A stretch of 32,000 bases of DNA from the NCBI RefSeq assembly GCF_000092465.1, contig NC_014205.1, positions 510,001-542,000 on the forward strand, in the 5' to 3' direction. The notes under the pieces were generated by a model. It was not told the DNA's origin. It made no database searches and saw only the letters and a list, made by a program, of their open reading frames with translations. Within the stretch, counting starts at the first letter, position 1, and every line of letters starts with the position of its first letter. Source of the stretch: Staphylothermus hellenicus DSM 12710 (GTDB lineage: Archaea; Thermoproteota; Thermoprotei_A; Sulfolobales; Desulfurococcaceae). Shown here piece after piece: positions 18,336 through 26,770 of this stretch. Both the position numbers and the translations under genes were made by a program.

Positions 18336-19202
18336 TTGAAGGCCGGTATTATTGGAACAGGCTTGATGGGCTCTGCATTAGCAAAGTGTTTATCTTCTAA
18401 GGGAATAGATCTACTAGTTTATAATCGTACAAGGTCTAAGGCTGAAAAACTGTGTGAGGATATTAAATGTAAAGTTGTAGATTCACCTAAGGATATGAGT
18501 GTTGCAGACTATATTGTGATCTTTGTATTTGATGATGAGGCACTAGATAATGTGGTGTTTGGAGATAATGGTTTAGCATATATGGATAATAAGGAAGTAT
18601 ATATATTGAATTCTTCAACGGTTTCTCCACGAATAAGCGCTGTTATTAATAAGAAACTCTCTAGTCTAGGGTTTAAGCATTATTATGAAGCACCAGTATA
18701 TGGCAGCGTTGATGAAGCTTCTTCATGTAGTCTAGTATCGATGCTTGCAGGTTCCTCGAAGAATCTAGATGATGTTGTAGAATTTGCTAAGAACTATAGT
18801 GTTGAAACCATATATGTTGGAGAAATACCTAAAGCAATGGCATTAAAGCTTTCCCTCAACAATATTGGTTTATCTCTTCCACCCATAATTGCTGAAAGCC
18901 TAGCTATTCTAGAATCATATAATGTTGATCTAGAGAAATTCCTACATATATCTGAGAAACTATGGTTTGGCCGATTAGTTAAACGATACATTGAAAGAAT
19001 AAGGAATACAGGGAAGATTAGATTTACAGTCAAAGGCGCTGCAAAGGATTATAGATTAATAAGCACTACTCTAAGCATAAATGAATATCCTTCAATTCTG
19101 TCTTCAGCTCTTAAAAACTTCTATACATCTGCAATAAGCAAATATGGCGGGGTAGACTACCCTAAAGCAGCTAACTGGATCCTGAAAAAACCATTAGGTT
19201 AA
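18336..19202 (+). CDS. NAD(P)-dependent beta-hydroxyacid dehydrogenase (3-hydroxyisobutyrate/6-phosphogluconate dehydrogenase-like)
   Basis: N-terminal MKAGIIGTGLMGSALAKCL Rossmann GxGxxG motif. The size and the central region (..NSST..P..) fit the family. It starts 15 nt after the cupin gene, so the two are probably co-transcribed. Confidence 0.75.
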   Translation: MKAGIIGTGLMGSALAKCLSSKGIDLLVYNRTRSKAEKLCEDIKCKVVDSPKDMSVADYIVIFVFDDEALDNVVFGDNGLAYMDNKEVYILNSSTVSPRISAVINKKLSSLGFKHYYEAPVYGSVDEASSCSLVSMLAGSSKNLDDVVEFAKNYSVETIYVGEIPKAMALKLSLNNIGLSLPPIIAESLAILESYNVDLEKFLHISEKLWFGRLVKRYIERIRNTGKIRFTVKGAAKDYRLISTTLSINEYPSILSSALKNFYTSAISKYGGVDYPKAANWILKKPLG

Positions 19203-19231
19203 GAACGATAAACATATTTTAAATTATTTTT

Positions 19232-19666
19232 TTACCTAACAATGATCACTGTAACAGGTGAGTTGCTTGCAATACTTATTGCTTTACTTCCAATAGTTAT
19301 TTCGCTTGTTAATGTTCTTCCACGTGCTCCCATCACTACCATATCATAGTTTCCACTTATTATTTCCTCCAAGATTTTTCCTGCCGTACTATTTTCTGCT
19401 GGGTCGAACTCTAATTCTTTGAATTCAGCTTCAATGCCTTTATTCTCGATTCTTTTCCTAGCTTTTTCTAATGGTTTAAAATCTACATGGTATCCTTTAG
19501 GTCTTGCAAATACAACTGTTACATGAGAACCATAATGCTTTGCAAGATCAGCTGCGAGATCTAGTGCTTTTAGACTATTCTCACTACCATCTACTGGGAC
19601 AAGTATTCTCCTAAACATAAAGCTTATCTCATATGTTGGTGCTTCTTTGTAAGCCATGTAAACCAC
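19232..19666 (-). CDS. Universal stress protein (UspA family)
   Basis: RRILVPVDGSENSLKALDLA ... DMVVMGARGRT ... GSKAISIASNSPVTVIIVR. The likely true start is Met17 (coordinate 19618). Confidence 0.85.
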   Translation of the reverse strand: MVYMAYKEAPTYEISFMFRRILVPVDGSENSLKALDLAADLAKHYGSHVTVVFARPKGYHVDFKPLEKARKRIENKGIEAEFKELEFDPAENSTAGKILEEIISGNYDMVVMGARGRTLTSEITIGSKAISIASNSPVTVIIVR

Positions 19667-19708
19667 CTAATTATATTATATATGTAAAAGGCTTTATCAG
19701 ATTTTATA

Positions 19709-20755
19709 TTATCCTAAAAACTTTCCCATTCCTAGAACAGAATCAGTTAACCTAATACTTTTATCTGGATAACCATCAGTTCTCGCCAAGCCTCTAATAG
19801 CATCTATATTTTCCGGCACAACAATTGATTCTTGGTGAACTGCTTGTAAGAACCATAGCTCATTTTCCCTTGTAAATATGCTATCTTTCCATATGATCAG
19901 CTCGGGTATATCATATCTAGGCCTTAGCAGATCTCTTGCCGACTCGACGATCTTTGCGGTTGAATCGATTCCTGTTTTTTCAGCATCGATAACAACTATT
20001 CTATTATAACTAGATAGCTCATCAATTATTTCGTCCCTGTCAACCCTTGTTTTTAACACCATATATACTGAGTGGACATGCATTAGGGTCGTTGGAACAA
20101 TAACTGCGGCTGTCTCTATGTCAATGTTTGGTATTACTGTTTTAACATCTAATGCGTGATGACTAGGTATTTTTGGCGGGTTAAGTTTTATAGAGTTAAC
20201 TGGCCCCCTCTTATCCTCCTTGGGATCAGCTGCTCTCCGTATAATTGTTGCTCTTACCTTTTCAATACCATAAGCATTATTGAGTACACATATAGCTCTG
20301 AGCAAGCCTGTAGTATTACAGCTTACCACTCTTATACTGTTCGCTTCTAATGCTTCTTCAGCGTTGCAATACGAGTTAAAACTTATATCTGCTACATCAG
20401 GTTTTTCCCCGCCTTGATAAATTGCTTTCAGTTTTCCTTTAATAATTAGTTCATCATAGTATTTCTCCTTATAGTAAGAACCATATCCTCCAGGTGTTGC
20501 ATCAACAATTATGTCTACTTGCTCCAATAGATCCTCTATTGTTCCCTCAACTTTGAAGCCTTTACCCCTAAACTTATCTATACGATCCTTTACTGTGTAG
20601 ACTGATATACCCTTTTGTTCTGCTACTAGGTATCCATAATCCGGTGTTACCTTGACTACGCCTACTAGTTCCATATCAGGCATCCTAGCTACTGCATCAG
20701 CTATTCTTTTCCCAATTGTTCCATAACCATTTATACCAACCCGTATCTTAGACAA
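19709..20755 (-). CDS. gap: Glyceraldehyde-3-phosphate dehydrogenase, archaeal type II (phosphorylating)
   Basis: IRVGINGYGTIGKRIADAV at the N-terminus and the catalytic VVSCNTTGL. TTG start. Confidence 0.92.
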   Translation of the reverse strand: MSKIRVGINGYGTIGKRIADAVARMPDMELVGVVKVTPDYGYLVAEQKGISVYTVKDRIDKFRGKGFKVEGTIEDLLEQVDIIVDATPGGYGSYYKEKYYDELIIKGKLKAIYQGGEKPDVADISFNSYCNAEEALEANSIRVVSCNTTGLLRAICVLNNAYGIEKVRATIIRRAADPKEDKRGPVNSIKLNPPKIPSHHALDVKTVIPNIDIETAAVIVPTTLMHVHSVYMVLKTRVDRDEIIDELSSYNRIVVIDAEKTGIDSTAKIVESARDLLRPRYDIPELIIWKDSIFTRENELWFLQAVHQESIVVPENIDAIRGLARTDGYPDKSIRLTDSVLGMGKFLG

Positions 20756-20827
20756 AAATTATCACCTCTGAACAATCTATTTTATGGAAACAATTGAAAA
20801 GAAGATCTTATTGTGAAATAGATAGTG

Positions 20828-22072
20828 TTATCCTAGAAACATTTTAGCAGATAATTCTAATGCTTTAAGCGCTGGCAGAGTCTCTCCCGATAAGAATAAT
20901 AATAATGCGTTTCCTCCTGTTGATACATGTATATGCTCGTTTAGCTTAGATTCATCAATCATTGATGATAGGTGTCCGCCACCTATTAATACGAAAGCTT
21001 TACTATTATATGCTGCATCCAACAACTTAATTGTTCCATTTCTGAATCTCTCATCTTCAATAACTCCTGCCGGCCCCCTCATTACAACTATTTTAGCGTC
21101 TTTGATGAACTCGCTATATATTCTAGTTGTTTGTTCTCCTATATCCATTATTTTACCATTTATTTCCCCGATACTGACGTTTCTAGTTTCTCCATCAATT
21201 AATACCTTGAAATCTATCGGGGTCTCAACAGGTGCACCCATCAATAAAACATATCTAGCTTTTGGGATTAATGGGAGTATTCCTTTTTCTTCTAGGAATC
21301 TCATGTTTTCCTTGCCAAGCCCTATTCCTTTAGCTACTAGGAACAATTGAGCTAGTAATCCTGTTGTCAGTATTCTATCAGCCATTTTATTTCTTACAAG
21401 GTTCTCAATTACTCTGAGCAGGTCTCGGACCTTTGTTCCTCCGAGAACAAATATTCTAGGCGATTCGAAGCTTTCAACAACTCGTTTCAAAGCCATTATT
21501 TCTTTTTCGAATAATGGTCCTGCCGCGCTTGGTAGTACTAGTGGGAAACCCACTATGCTTGGCTGGCTTCTATGAGCTGTAGCAAATGCATCATTAACAT
21601 ATGCATCAAATAATGGAGCTAGTCTTCTGACAAATATTGTATAGCTTTGCTTCTCCGGTGTAGCCTCGATTACCTCCTCTGATACAAGCCTTAGATTATC
21701 CAGTAACAGTATTTCTCCTGGTTTAAGTTTTCGTATAGCTTCCCTAGCAGTAGGCCCTATAACATCATTAACAAATTTTATATCATAACCTGTATATTTA
21801 GACAAGAGCTCAGCGTGTCTTTCCAGCGTTATAAAATCTGGTTCTCCAGGCCTCCCCTGATGCGAGCCTAAAACTAGTGCTGGACTATATTTTTCAACTA
21901 TTTCCTTAATTGTTTGTGAATGCACTCTTATTCTTCGATCATCGAGAATTTCTCCTTTGTCGGGATCAATTGGTACATTAATATCTATTCTCATAAATAC
22001 TCTCTTTTCACGTATATTTATTTCTCTAAGTGTAGGTATTCTTGGAATCCTCATGTTTGTCATAGTTATCAC
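20828..22072 (-). CDS. pgk: Phosphoglycerate kinase
   Basis: RVFMRIDINVPI (R.D.NVP motif), GSHQGRPG, and C-terminal HVSTGGNALLLFLSGETLPALKAL. It lies directly upstream of gap on the same strand. Confidence 0.92.
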   Translation of the reverse strand: MITMTNMRIPRIPTLREINIREKRVFMRIDINVPIDPDKGEILDDRRIRVHSQTIKEIVEKYSPALVLGSHQGRPGEPDFITLERHAELLSKYTGYDIKFVNDVIGPTAREAIRKLKPGEILLLDNLRLVSEEVIEATPEKQSYTIFVRRLAPLFDAYVNDAFATAHRSQPSIVGFPLVLPSAAGPLFEKEIMALKRVVESFESPRIFVLGGTKVRDLLRVIENLVRNKMADRILTTGLLAQLFLVAKGIGLGKENMRFLEEKGILPLIPKARYVLLMGAPVETPIDFKVLIDGETRNVSIGEINGKIMDIGEQTTRIYSEFIKDAKIVVMRGPAGVIEDERFRNGTIKLLDAAYNSKAFVLIGGGHLSSMIDESKLNEHIHVSTGGNALLLFLSGETLPALKALELSAKMFLG

Positions 22073-22181
22073 CCATGAAACATATATATTTATAATAAAC
22101 TATATATAGATATTTAGAAATGATTGTTTGAACATATAACAAAAATGTTCGGTGTGGCAAGTAATTTTTTATGATGATTGT

Positions 22182-22568
22182 TTAAAAAATCCTCATAGGC
22201 TTCTTCATAATTGCCTTATTAAGGATCTTAACATAGTTTATTCTATTACCAAATCGTATTCTCAATGAGATCTCTCCTAAATAGTTATTGATAACACTGT
22301 CGGATACAATTGGGTTAACAATAACAATGCTCCATCCTTTATCCGCTGCTATTCGTAACGAGTGTTTAAGTCTTGGAATATATGTGTTCTCAATTTGTGA
22401 AACAAGATCCCTTTTATACGGTAAAATAATTACTATAGATCCCTTCCTTGTTTTTGGTATTAATAGTAAATGATAAGCTAATGCCTCAATGTTCTTAGCC
22501 CAATAAATTCATATGTCTCCTATATCCTCGATGAATGGCAGGAACATATAATGTGGCTCTCTTGACAT
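22182..22568 (-). pseudogene. 129-codon ORF of unknown function interrupted by one in-frame TGA (22509-22511)
   Basis: Hand translation gives ATG(22568) MSREPHYMFLPFIEDIGDI, then TGA. The same frame continues as IYWAKNIEALAYHLLLIPKTRKGSIVIILPYKRDLVSQIENTYIPRLKHSLRIAADKGWSIVIVNPIVSDSVINNYLGEISLRIRFGNRINYVKILNKAIMKKPMRIF to a TAA. The downstream 108 codons have no ATG/GTG/TTG start of their own before codon ~85, which is why the ORF track misses them. Confidence 0.5.
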
Positions 22569-22898
22569 TTGTATGTTTCTACTTCGTGGAAATATTCTTA
22601 TATATGTTTATCTAATATTGTATTTGATGATGAGATATAATCCCACAATCTATATGGTGTAAAACTAGCACCGAATGAGTGCTTGGCTGGGAACGCCCTC
22701 ATGATGAGGGAAGTTATTTGTTCCCTAGAAAGTCCCTTAATGAAGTTAGGTAACAACATAAAAAGAATTGAAAGATAACTGGAAATACAATATAAAATTG
22801 ACTGAGAGTAAAGTGAAATTAATGCATGGAGCTATAATAGGCGACCCGATAATTATAGTTGCTTAGATACTAGAAGTAGTGAGAGAGAAAAGTAGAAT

Positions 22899-22909
22899 AA
22901 AAAATAAAA
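22899..22909 (-). terminator. Oligo-T terminator of the DHOD/PreA-like gene
   Basis: The minus strand reads ATTTTATTTTTTATTC, beginning 8 nt after the stop codon at 22918-22920. Confidence 0.55.
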
Positions 22910-22917
22910 TGCTTGTT

Positions 22918-24150
22918 TTAGTCTAGTTCCTCCTCGAAATGGATAGCTCTTGTTGGGCAGACACTTGTGCATAGACCGCATCCATAGCATAGATCATGGT
23001 TTACTTGTGCAATTCGTTTCCCTTCCTCACTGGGTAATACTTTTACAGCATTATAGTCGCATACTTGTTCACAGAATCCGCATCCTATACATTTCCTTGG
23101 ATCAACTACTGGTGGTTTCGCCCATACACGGCGTGGCTCCGGCTTTAAGTATTTTAGAGCTTTACCTTTAACATCTAATATGCTATCATATCCGTGCCTC
23201 TTAAGCCATGATTCTATTTCTTTCTCTATTCTCCTAAATACGCCTAGCCCCTCGATTAGGGCGGCTGTACATATTTGAACAGCTGATGCTCCAGCCATGA
23301 AGTATTCTATAACGTCGGTACCCTTAGAGATACCGCCGACACCGATGATTGGTAAATGAGTGTTTTTAGCTGCCTCCGCTACAACTGCTAATGCTAATGG
23401 TTTTAGCGCTGGCCCGCTCATCCATCCATAACCATTTGGTCCGCCAACAATTGGTAATCCTGTCTCTATATCTATGTGTAGAGCTGGGCCAATAGTGTTT
23501 GTAGCAACTATTCCATCAACACCTACTTTTTCAAGCTCCTTAACAAGTTCTGGAATATTCGGTGTGAAGGGGCTTAGCTTAGCAAATATCGGTATATCAA
23601 CAACTTCTCTTAGTGCTTTAGCTGCTTCAACTACTGGTCTATAATCTTTTCCTATATAATGTGTTGAGAACTCTATGGCGTTAGCACCTGCTTTCTGAGA
23701 TTTTGGACCGAGCAATCGGAGTTCTTCGGGTTTATAGCCTATACTTATAATGAATGGAATGCTTTTCTCCTCAGCATATTTTTTAACCATGGGATATTCT
23801 CTTTCAAAATAATGCTCTGCCGGTATATCACTCCATAATTCAGCGTTTAATAAAGCATATATGAACCTATAATTTCCGCTGTCAGCATTCACTATCCGTA
23901 TGTTTCCTGGCCCAAGAGTTTTAAGAATTTGCGACCTAACAATGCCTCGATCAACAGCACCCATACTAGGTCTTGGAACAATTGCTGGCCTAACACTAAT
24001 TGTCTTAGCTACAACAGCGCCGACGCCATTGTCTATCAAAGCCTTCATCATTTCAGCATCTCTAGACACTGGACAAGCAGCATTCATTAATGGATTCTTC
24101 ATTTTAAGACCGGCAACCTCGACTTCTAAACTAACCATTACCAATCCCAC
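22918..24150 (-). CDS. Dihydroorotate/dihydropyrimidine dehydrogenase-family flavoprotein fused to a C-terminal 2x[4Fe-4S] ferredoxin domain (PreA-like)
   Basis: TIM-barrel DHOD motifs (NAACPVS.., IIGVGGISKGTDVIEYFMAGASAVQICTA) plus CIGCGFCEQVCDYNA and CYGCGLCTSVCPTRA. Confidence 0.85.
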   Translation of the reverse strand: MGLVMVSLEVEVAGLKMKNPLMNAACPVSRDAEMMKALIDNGVGAVVAKTISVRPAIVPRPSMGAVDRGIVRSQILKTLGPGNIRIVNADSGNYRFIYALLNAELWSDIPAEHYFEREYPMVKKYAEEKSIPFIISIGYKPEELRLLGPKSQKAGANAIEFSTHYIGKDYRPVVEAAKALREVVDIPIFAKLSPFTPNIPELVKELEKVGVDGIVATNTIGPALHIDIETGLPIVGGPNGYGWMSGPALKPLALAVVAEAAKNTHLPIIGVGGISKGTDVIEYFMAGASAVQICTAALIEGLGVFRRIEKEIESWLKRHGYDSILDVKGKALKYLKPEPRRVWAKPPVVDPRKCIGCGFCEQVCDYNAVKVLPSEEGKRIAQVNHDLCYGCGLCTSVCPTRAIHFEEELD

Positions 24151-24380
24151 CTAGAAGTTACTCTAGGAAAATATTCTCGCCTATAAATAAAATATGTTGT
24201 GGAAACAACAATTGAAGCATGCAAATAAAAATCCACTATATCCTAAGCGAAAAACTCGGGTTTCTTTTAAACAATTAAATAAGCAAGACATAATTTTTAA
24301 TTACCGGCTGAAACATGTGGTATTGCTTTTAGGGAATATTTATATGCGTGTTTATCCAGCATTGTGTTTGGTAATGATAA

Positions 24381-24588
24381 AGGGGCCCGCGCCCAATATG
24401 TGGGGAAAGACTAAGCCTGAATGGGCGCGGGGCACGGAAGCATTGAAGATGAGGGAAGCAACCCGTTCCCCTCGATGAAACCAGAGAGGAAAGCCTAGTA
24501 GTAGCAAAAGCAACAAATGCTACGGCTAGCCAGAATGGATGATGAAGGCCAGGACAAAAGAATGGTGAAGAATACCCCCTGTTGCTGA
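24381..24588 (+). ncRNA. GC-rich island: one ~200-nt structured RNA or a cluster of small RNAs, class unknown
   Basis: Hairpin A is CCCGCGCCC 24386-24394 with GGGCGCGGG 24423-24431 (28-nt loop). A K-turn-like hairpin spans 24450-24476: U-GA, then GGGAA/UUCCC around an 8-nt loop, then CUC-GA-U. Hairpin C spans 24495-24529 (CTAG..GTAGC/GCTAC..CTAG). A possible closing helix pairs AGGGG 24381-24385 with CCCCT 24576-24580. A TATA-like AATATTTATATG sits ~26 nt upstream of ~24367 on the plus strand. The overlapping ORFs on both strands look like GC artefacts. Confidence 0.45.
24539..24588 (+). ncRNA. Box C/D sRNA-like module (weak)
   Basis: The layout is ATGATGA (C) - 12 nt AGGCCAGGACAA - AAGA (degenerate D') - ATGGTGA (C') - 16 nt - CTGA (D). 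The C box is canonical. The D' box and the 16-nt second spacer are off-consensus, and there is no terminal stem. Confidence 0.3.
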
Positions 24589-24727
24589 CTATTATAACAA
24601 TTATCATTATCCTAGATGATCAAAATATCGTTGGCAAATAAATAGTTATTGTAAAATAATTGAGGATAAGAAAAGTTTTTGCGGAAAGTTATAAAAATAA
24701 ATAATATGTTTTACTTAAAGATCCTTC

Positions 24728-24916
24728 TTAACCACATATTGGGTAGTCGTCGGGGACTTTTGCTCTGAAGTATTTGCCTGTTTCTGGGTCTTGGAATAAT
24801 CCTACTTTAACACCCTTTCTTCCCTTAGGGCTTAACTGCCATACCTTCTTAGGAACAAGCTCTACTTCTTTACCACTAGGTGTTCTGACCTTAACTGATT
24901 TCGTACAGGCTGGCAT
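24728..24916 (-). CDS. cren7: Chromatin protein Cren7
   Basis: [62 protein letters not shown] is near-colinear with Sulfolobus Cren7 (..[54 protein letters not shown]). I prefer the ATG at 24916 to the GTG at 24925 because of the TATA spacing. Confidence 0.93.
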   Translation of the reverse strand: MPACTKSVKVRTPSGKEVELVPKKVWQLSPKGRKGVKVGLFQDPETGKYFRAKVPDDYPICG

Positions 24917-24930
24917 GATTATCACCCAAT

Positions 24931-24938
24931 ATTTTATA
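24931..24938 (-). promoter_or_regulatory. TATA box of cren7 (short or absent leader)
   Basis: The minus strand reads CTCTATAAAATATTGGGTGATAATCATG. TATAAAAT begins 22 nt upstream of the ATG, consistent with a very short 5' UTR. Confidence 0.45.
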
Positions 24939-25177
24939 GAGTGTTATGGGTTATTTAACTTTTACTTATGGCAACATAAAATTTTTATATAGAAACATAA
25001 CACTCTGTATAATTTTTTAAACATATAATAATAGTGTAGAGTATTAAGATAACTCATTCAAGTTTATATAGTTCAAGGAAGATTTTATGAATACACATAA
25101 CTTTTCAATAATAATGAACTATATATTTAGTCTAAGAGAAATGATAGAGAATATTAGAAAAAGATAAAAAACAATAA

Positions 25178-26665
25178 TTATTTTTTAGGTAGTTCGAGAA
25201 CATCTAATTGATATTCTCCCTTACTCAATAGTCTATCCCATAGTTTCTCAACGGTTTTATGAACGTACTCAACTGCTTTTGCTTCATCTATCGTTAATAG
25301 TTTTCTATCCCTCATAATTATTTTGCCATTAACAATTACTGTTCTAACATCTCTACCGTTAAACGTATTTATTAAGTGTCCATATACTGTTTGTTCATTG
25401 ACGGGTGTTGGCGTATATTCTGGCTTGATTATTATAATGTCTGCTTTCTTGCCTTTCTCAATGCTTCCAAGCTCTTTTTCTACACCGAACATTTTTGCAA
25501 CGTTAATAGTTGCCATCTCTACTACTTCTTGAGGAGTCATCAGTCTTGGGTCCAGGTTCCATACTTTATGTATCAGGTATGTGGACCGCATATTTTCGAA
25601 TACGTCGAAAATGTATCCATCATTACCTATTCCAACATTTATTCCTAGCTTCATCATTTTAGGTATTGGCGGAACACCTACAGCGTTTAACATGTTGCTC
25701 ATAGCATTGTGTGCTACATGTGCACCTGTTTTCTTAATTATAGCTAATTCATCATCATTAGCTTGGACAACGTGAACTAGTATAACGTCGGGGCCTAGGA
25801 ATCCTAGTTTCTCCATTCTCTCAACAGGCCTGATCCCGTATCTTTCAAGGTTGTGGTATACATCAACTAATCCCTCCTCAACATGGATAGATAGTAGTGC
25901 ATTATACTTGTTCGCTATTTCTCGAGCCATCCTGAATAATTCATCTGTGACAGTAAAGCTTGCATGTAGATATATTGCTCCCTTAACGAGTTTGTTTGGA
26001 TCATTATTGTTTTTCTTAATAAATCTCTCATTCTCCCTAACACCCCTAATACCTTCCCCAATGCTTCTACGCTGTGTTGCTTCAAACGATAATATTCCCC
26101 TCAATCCTACTTCGTTCACGGCTTTCTCCATATGATCAAGTATTCCTTCTATAGCGTTTGGAGCACTAATGTTGTCGAAGAACATTGTTGTACCACTCTT
26201 AACGAAATCAATAGATCCTATTAATGCTGCTGCATACGCGTCTTCATGTGTTAACAATACGTCTAAAGCCCACCAGATCCTCTGCAGGTTCTGCATGAAA
26301 TCAGTTGGTGGATCGATTTTTGCGAACCAAGGACTAGCCCTTAGTAGTTCTCCGTAGAAATGAGTATGGGCACATAGGAACCCCGGCATAACAATTGATC
26401 CGCGGGCATCAATTACTTCTTCAGCCGTATATTTATCGGCTCCATCTCCTCTGCCAACACCAACTATTTTATCTTCATCAATAGCTACATATCCAGGATT
26501 ATAGATCCTGCGCTTATCATCCATTGTAACAACTAGCCCGTTTCTTATAAGGATGGATACCTTTTTAACCAAGAATACTTCACCACATATTGTTCTCGAG
26601 TTGATATAATATATTATGGTGGCCACATAAATAAGCTTAGCAGAAGAATAGAATGATCCAAACAT
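25178..26665 (-). CDS. Amidohydrolase of the ATZ/TRZ-MtaD-SsnA group, SsnA-like
   Basis: VMPGFLCAHTHFYG carries the HxH metal motif. PTDFMQNLQRIWWALDVLL, FVKSGTTMFFD, VGLRGILSFEATQR and GVRENERFI run colinear with my memory of E. coli SsnA. The first 31 codons (MFGSFYSS..) look non-native, so the start is probably the TTG at 26572 (MVKKVSILIRNGLVV). Confidence 0.75.
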   Translation of the reverse strand: MFGSFYSSAKLIYVATIIYYINSRTICGEVFLVKKVSILIRNGLVVTMDDKRRIYNPGYVAIDEDKIVGVGRGDGADKYTAEEVIDARGSIVMPGFLCAHTHFYGELLRASPWFAKIDPPTDFMQNLQRIWWALDVLLTHEDAYAAALIGSIDFVKSGTTMFFDNISAPNAIEGILDHMEKAVNEVGLRGILSFEATQRRSIGEGIRGVRENERFIKKNNNDPNKLVKGAIYLHASFTVTDELFRMAREIANKYNALLSIHVEEGLVDVYHNLERYGIRPVERMEKLGFLGPDVILVHVVQANDDELAIIKKTGAHVAHNAMSNMLNAVGVPPIPKMMKLGINVGIGNDGYIFDVFENMRSTYLIHKVWNLDPRLMTPQEVVEMATINVAKMFGVEKELGSIEKGKKADIIIIKPEYTPTPVNEQTVYGHLINTFNGRDVRTVIVNGKIIMRDRKLLTIDEAKAVEYVHKTVEKLWDRLLSKGEYQLDVLELPKK

Positions 26666-26754
26666 TTATGGTGTCAACTATCTTTAATGGCTAATAATTA
26701 AGAATTAATAGTAAGAAGAAAATAAGAAGAGGAGAAGAAAGAGAAAGTAAGAAG

Positions 26755-26760
26755 AAAAAA
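26755..26760 (-). terminator. Oligo-T terminator of arcC within a polypyrimidine tract
   Basis: The minus strand has a T6 run 10 nt after the TAA stop (26771-26773), followed by ~50 nt of C/T-rich sequence. Confidence 0.5.
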
Positions 26761-26770
26761 TGATTAGTTA

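Noticed and set aside
22620-22740. Box C/D sRNA candidates (TGATGATGA at ~22625 with ATGGTGT and 12-nt spacers; CCCTCATGATGAGGG at ~22695) and an AGAAAGTCCC motif
   Set aside because: No CTGA D box lies at the required distance. The second ATGATGA is the centre of a near-palindrome (CCCTCA TGA TGAGGG) and is more simply a hairpin. The region is otherwise AT-rich. Too weak to call.
24194-24607. ORFs 24194-24478 (+) and 24329-24607 (-)
   Set aside because: They overlap each other on opposite strands exactly over the GC-rich island, have biased R/G/P/K composition, and lack Shine-Dalgarno or TATA context. A structured RNA explains the region better.
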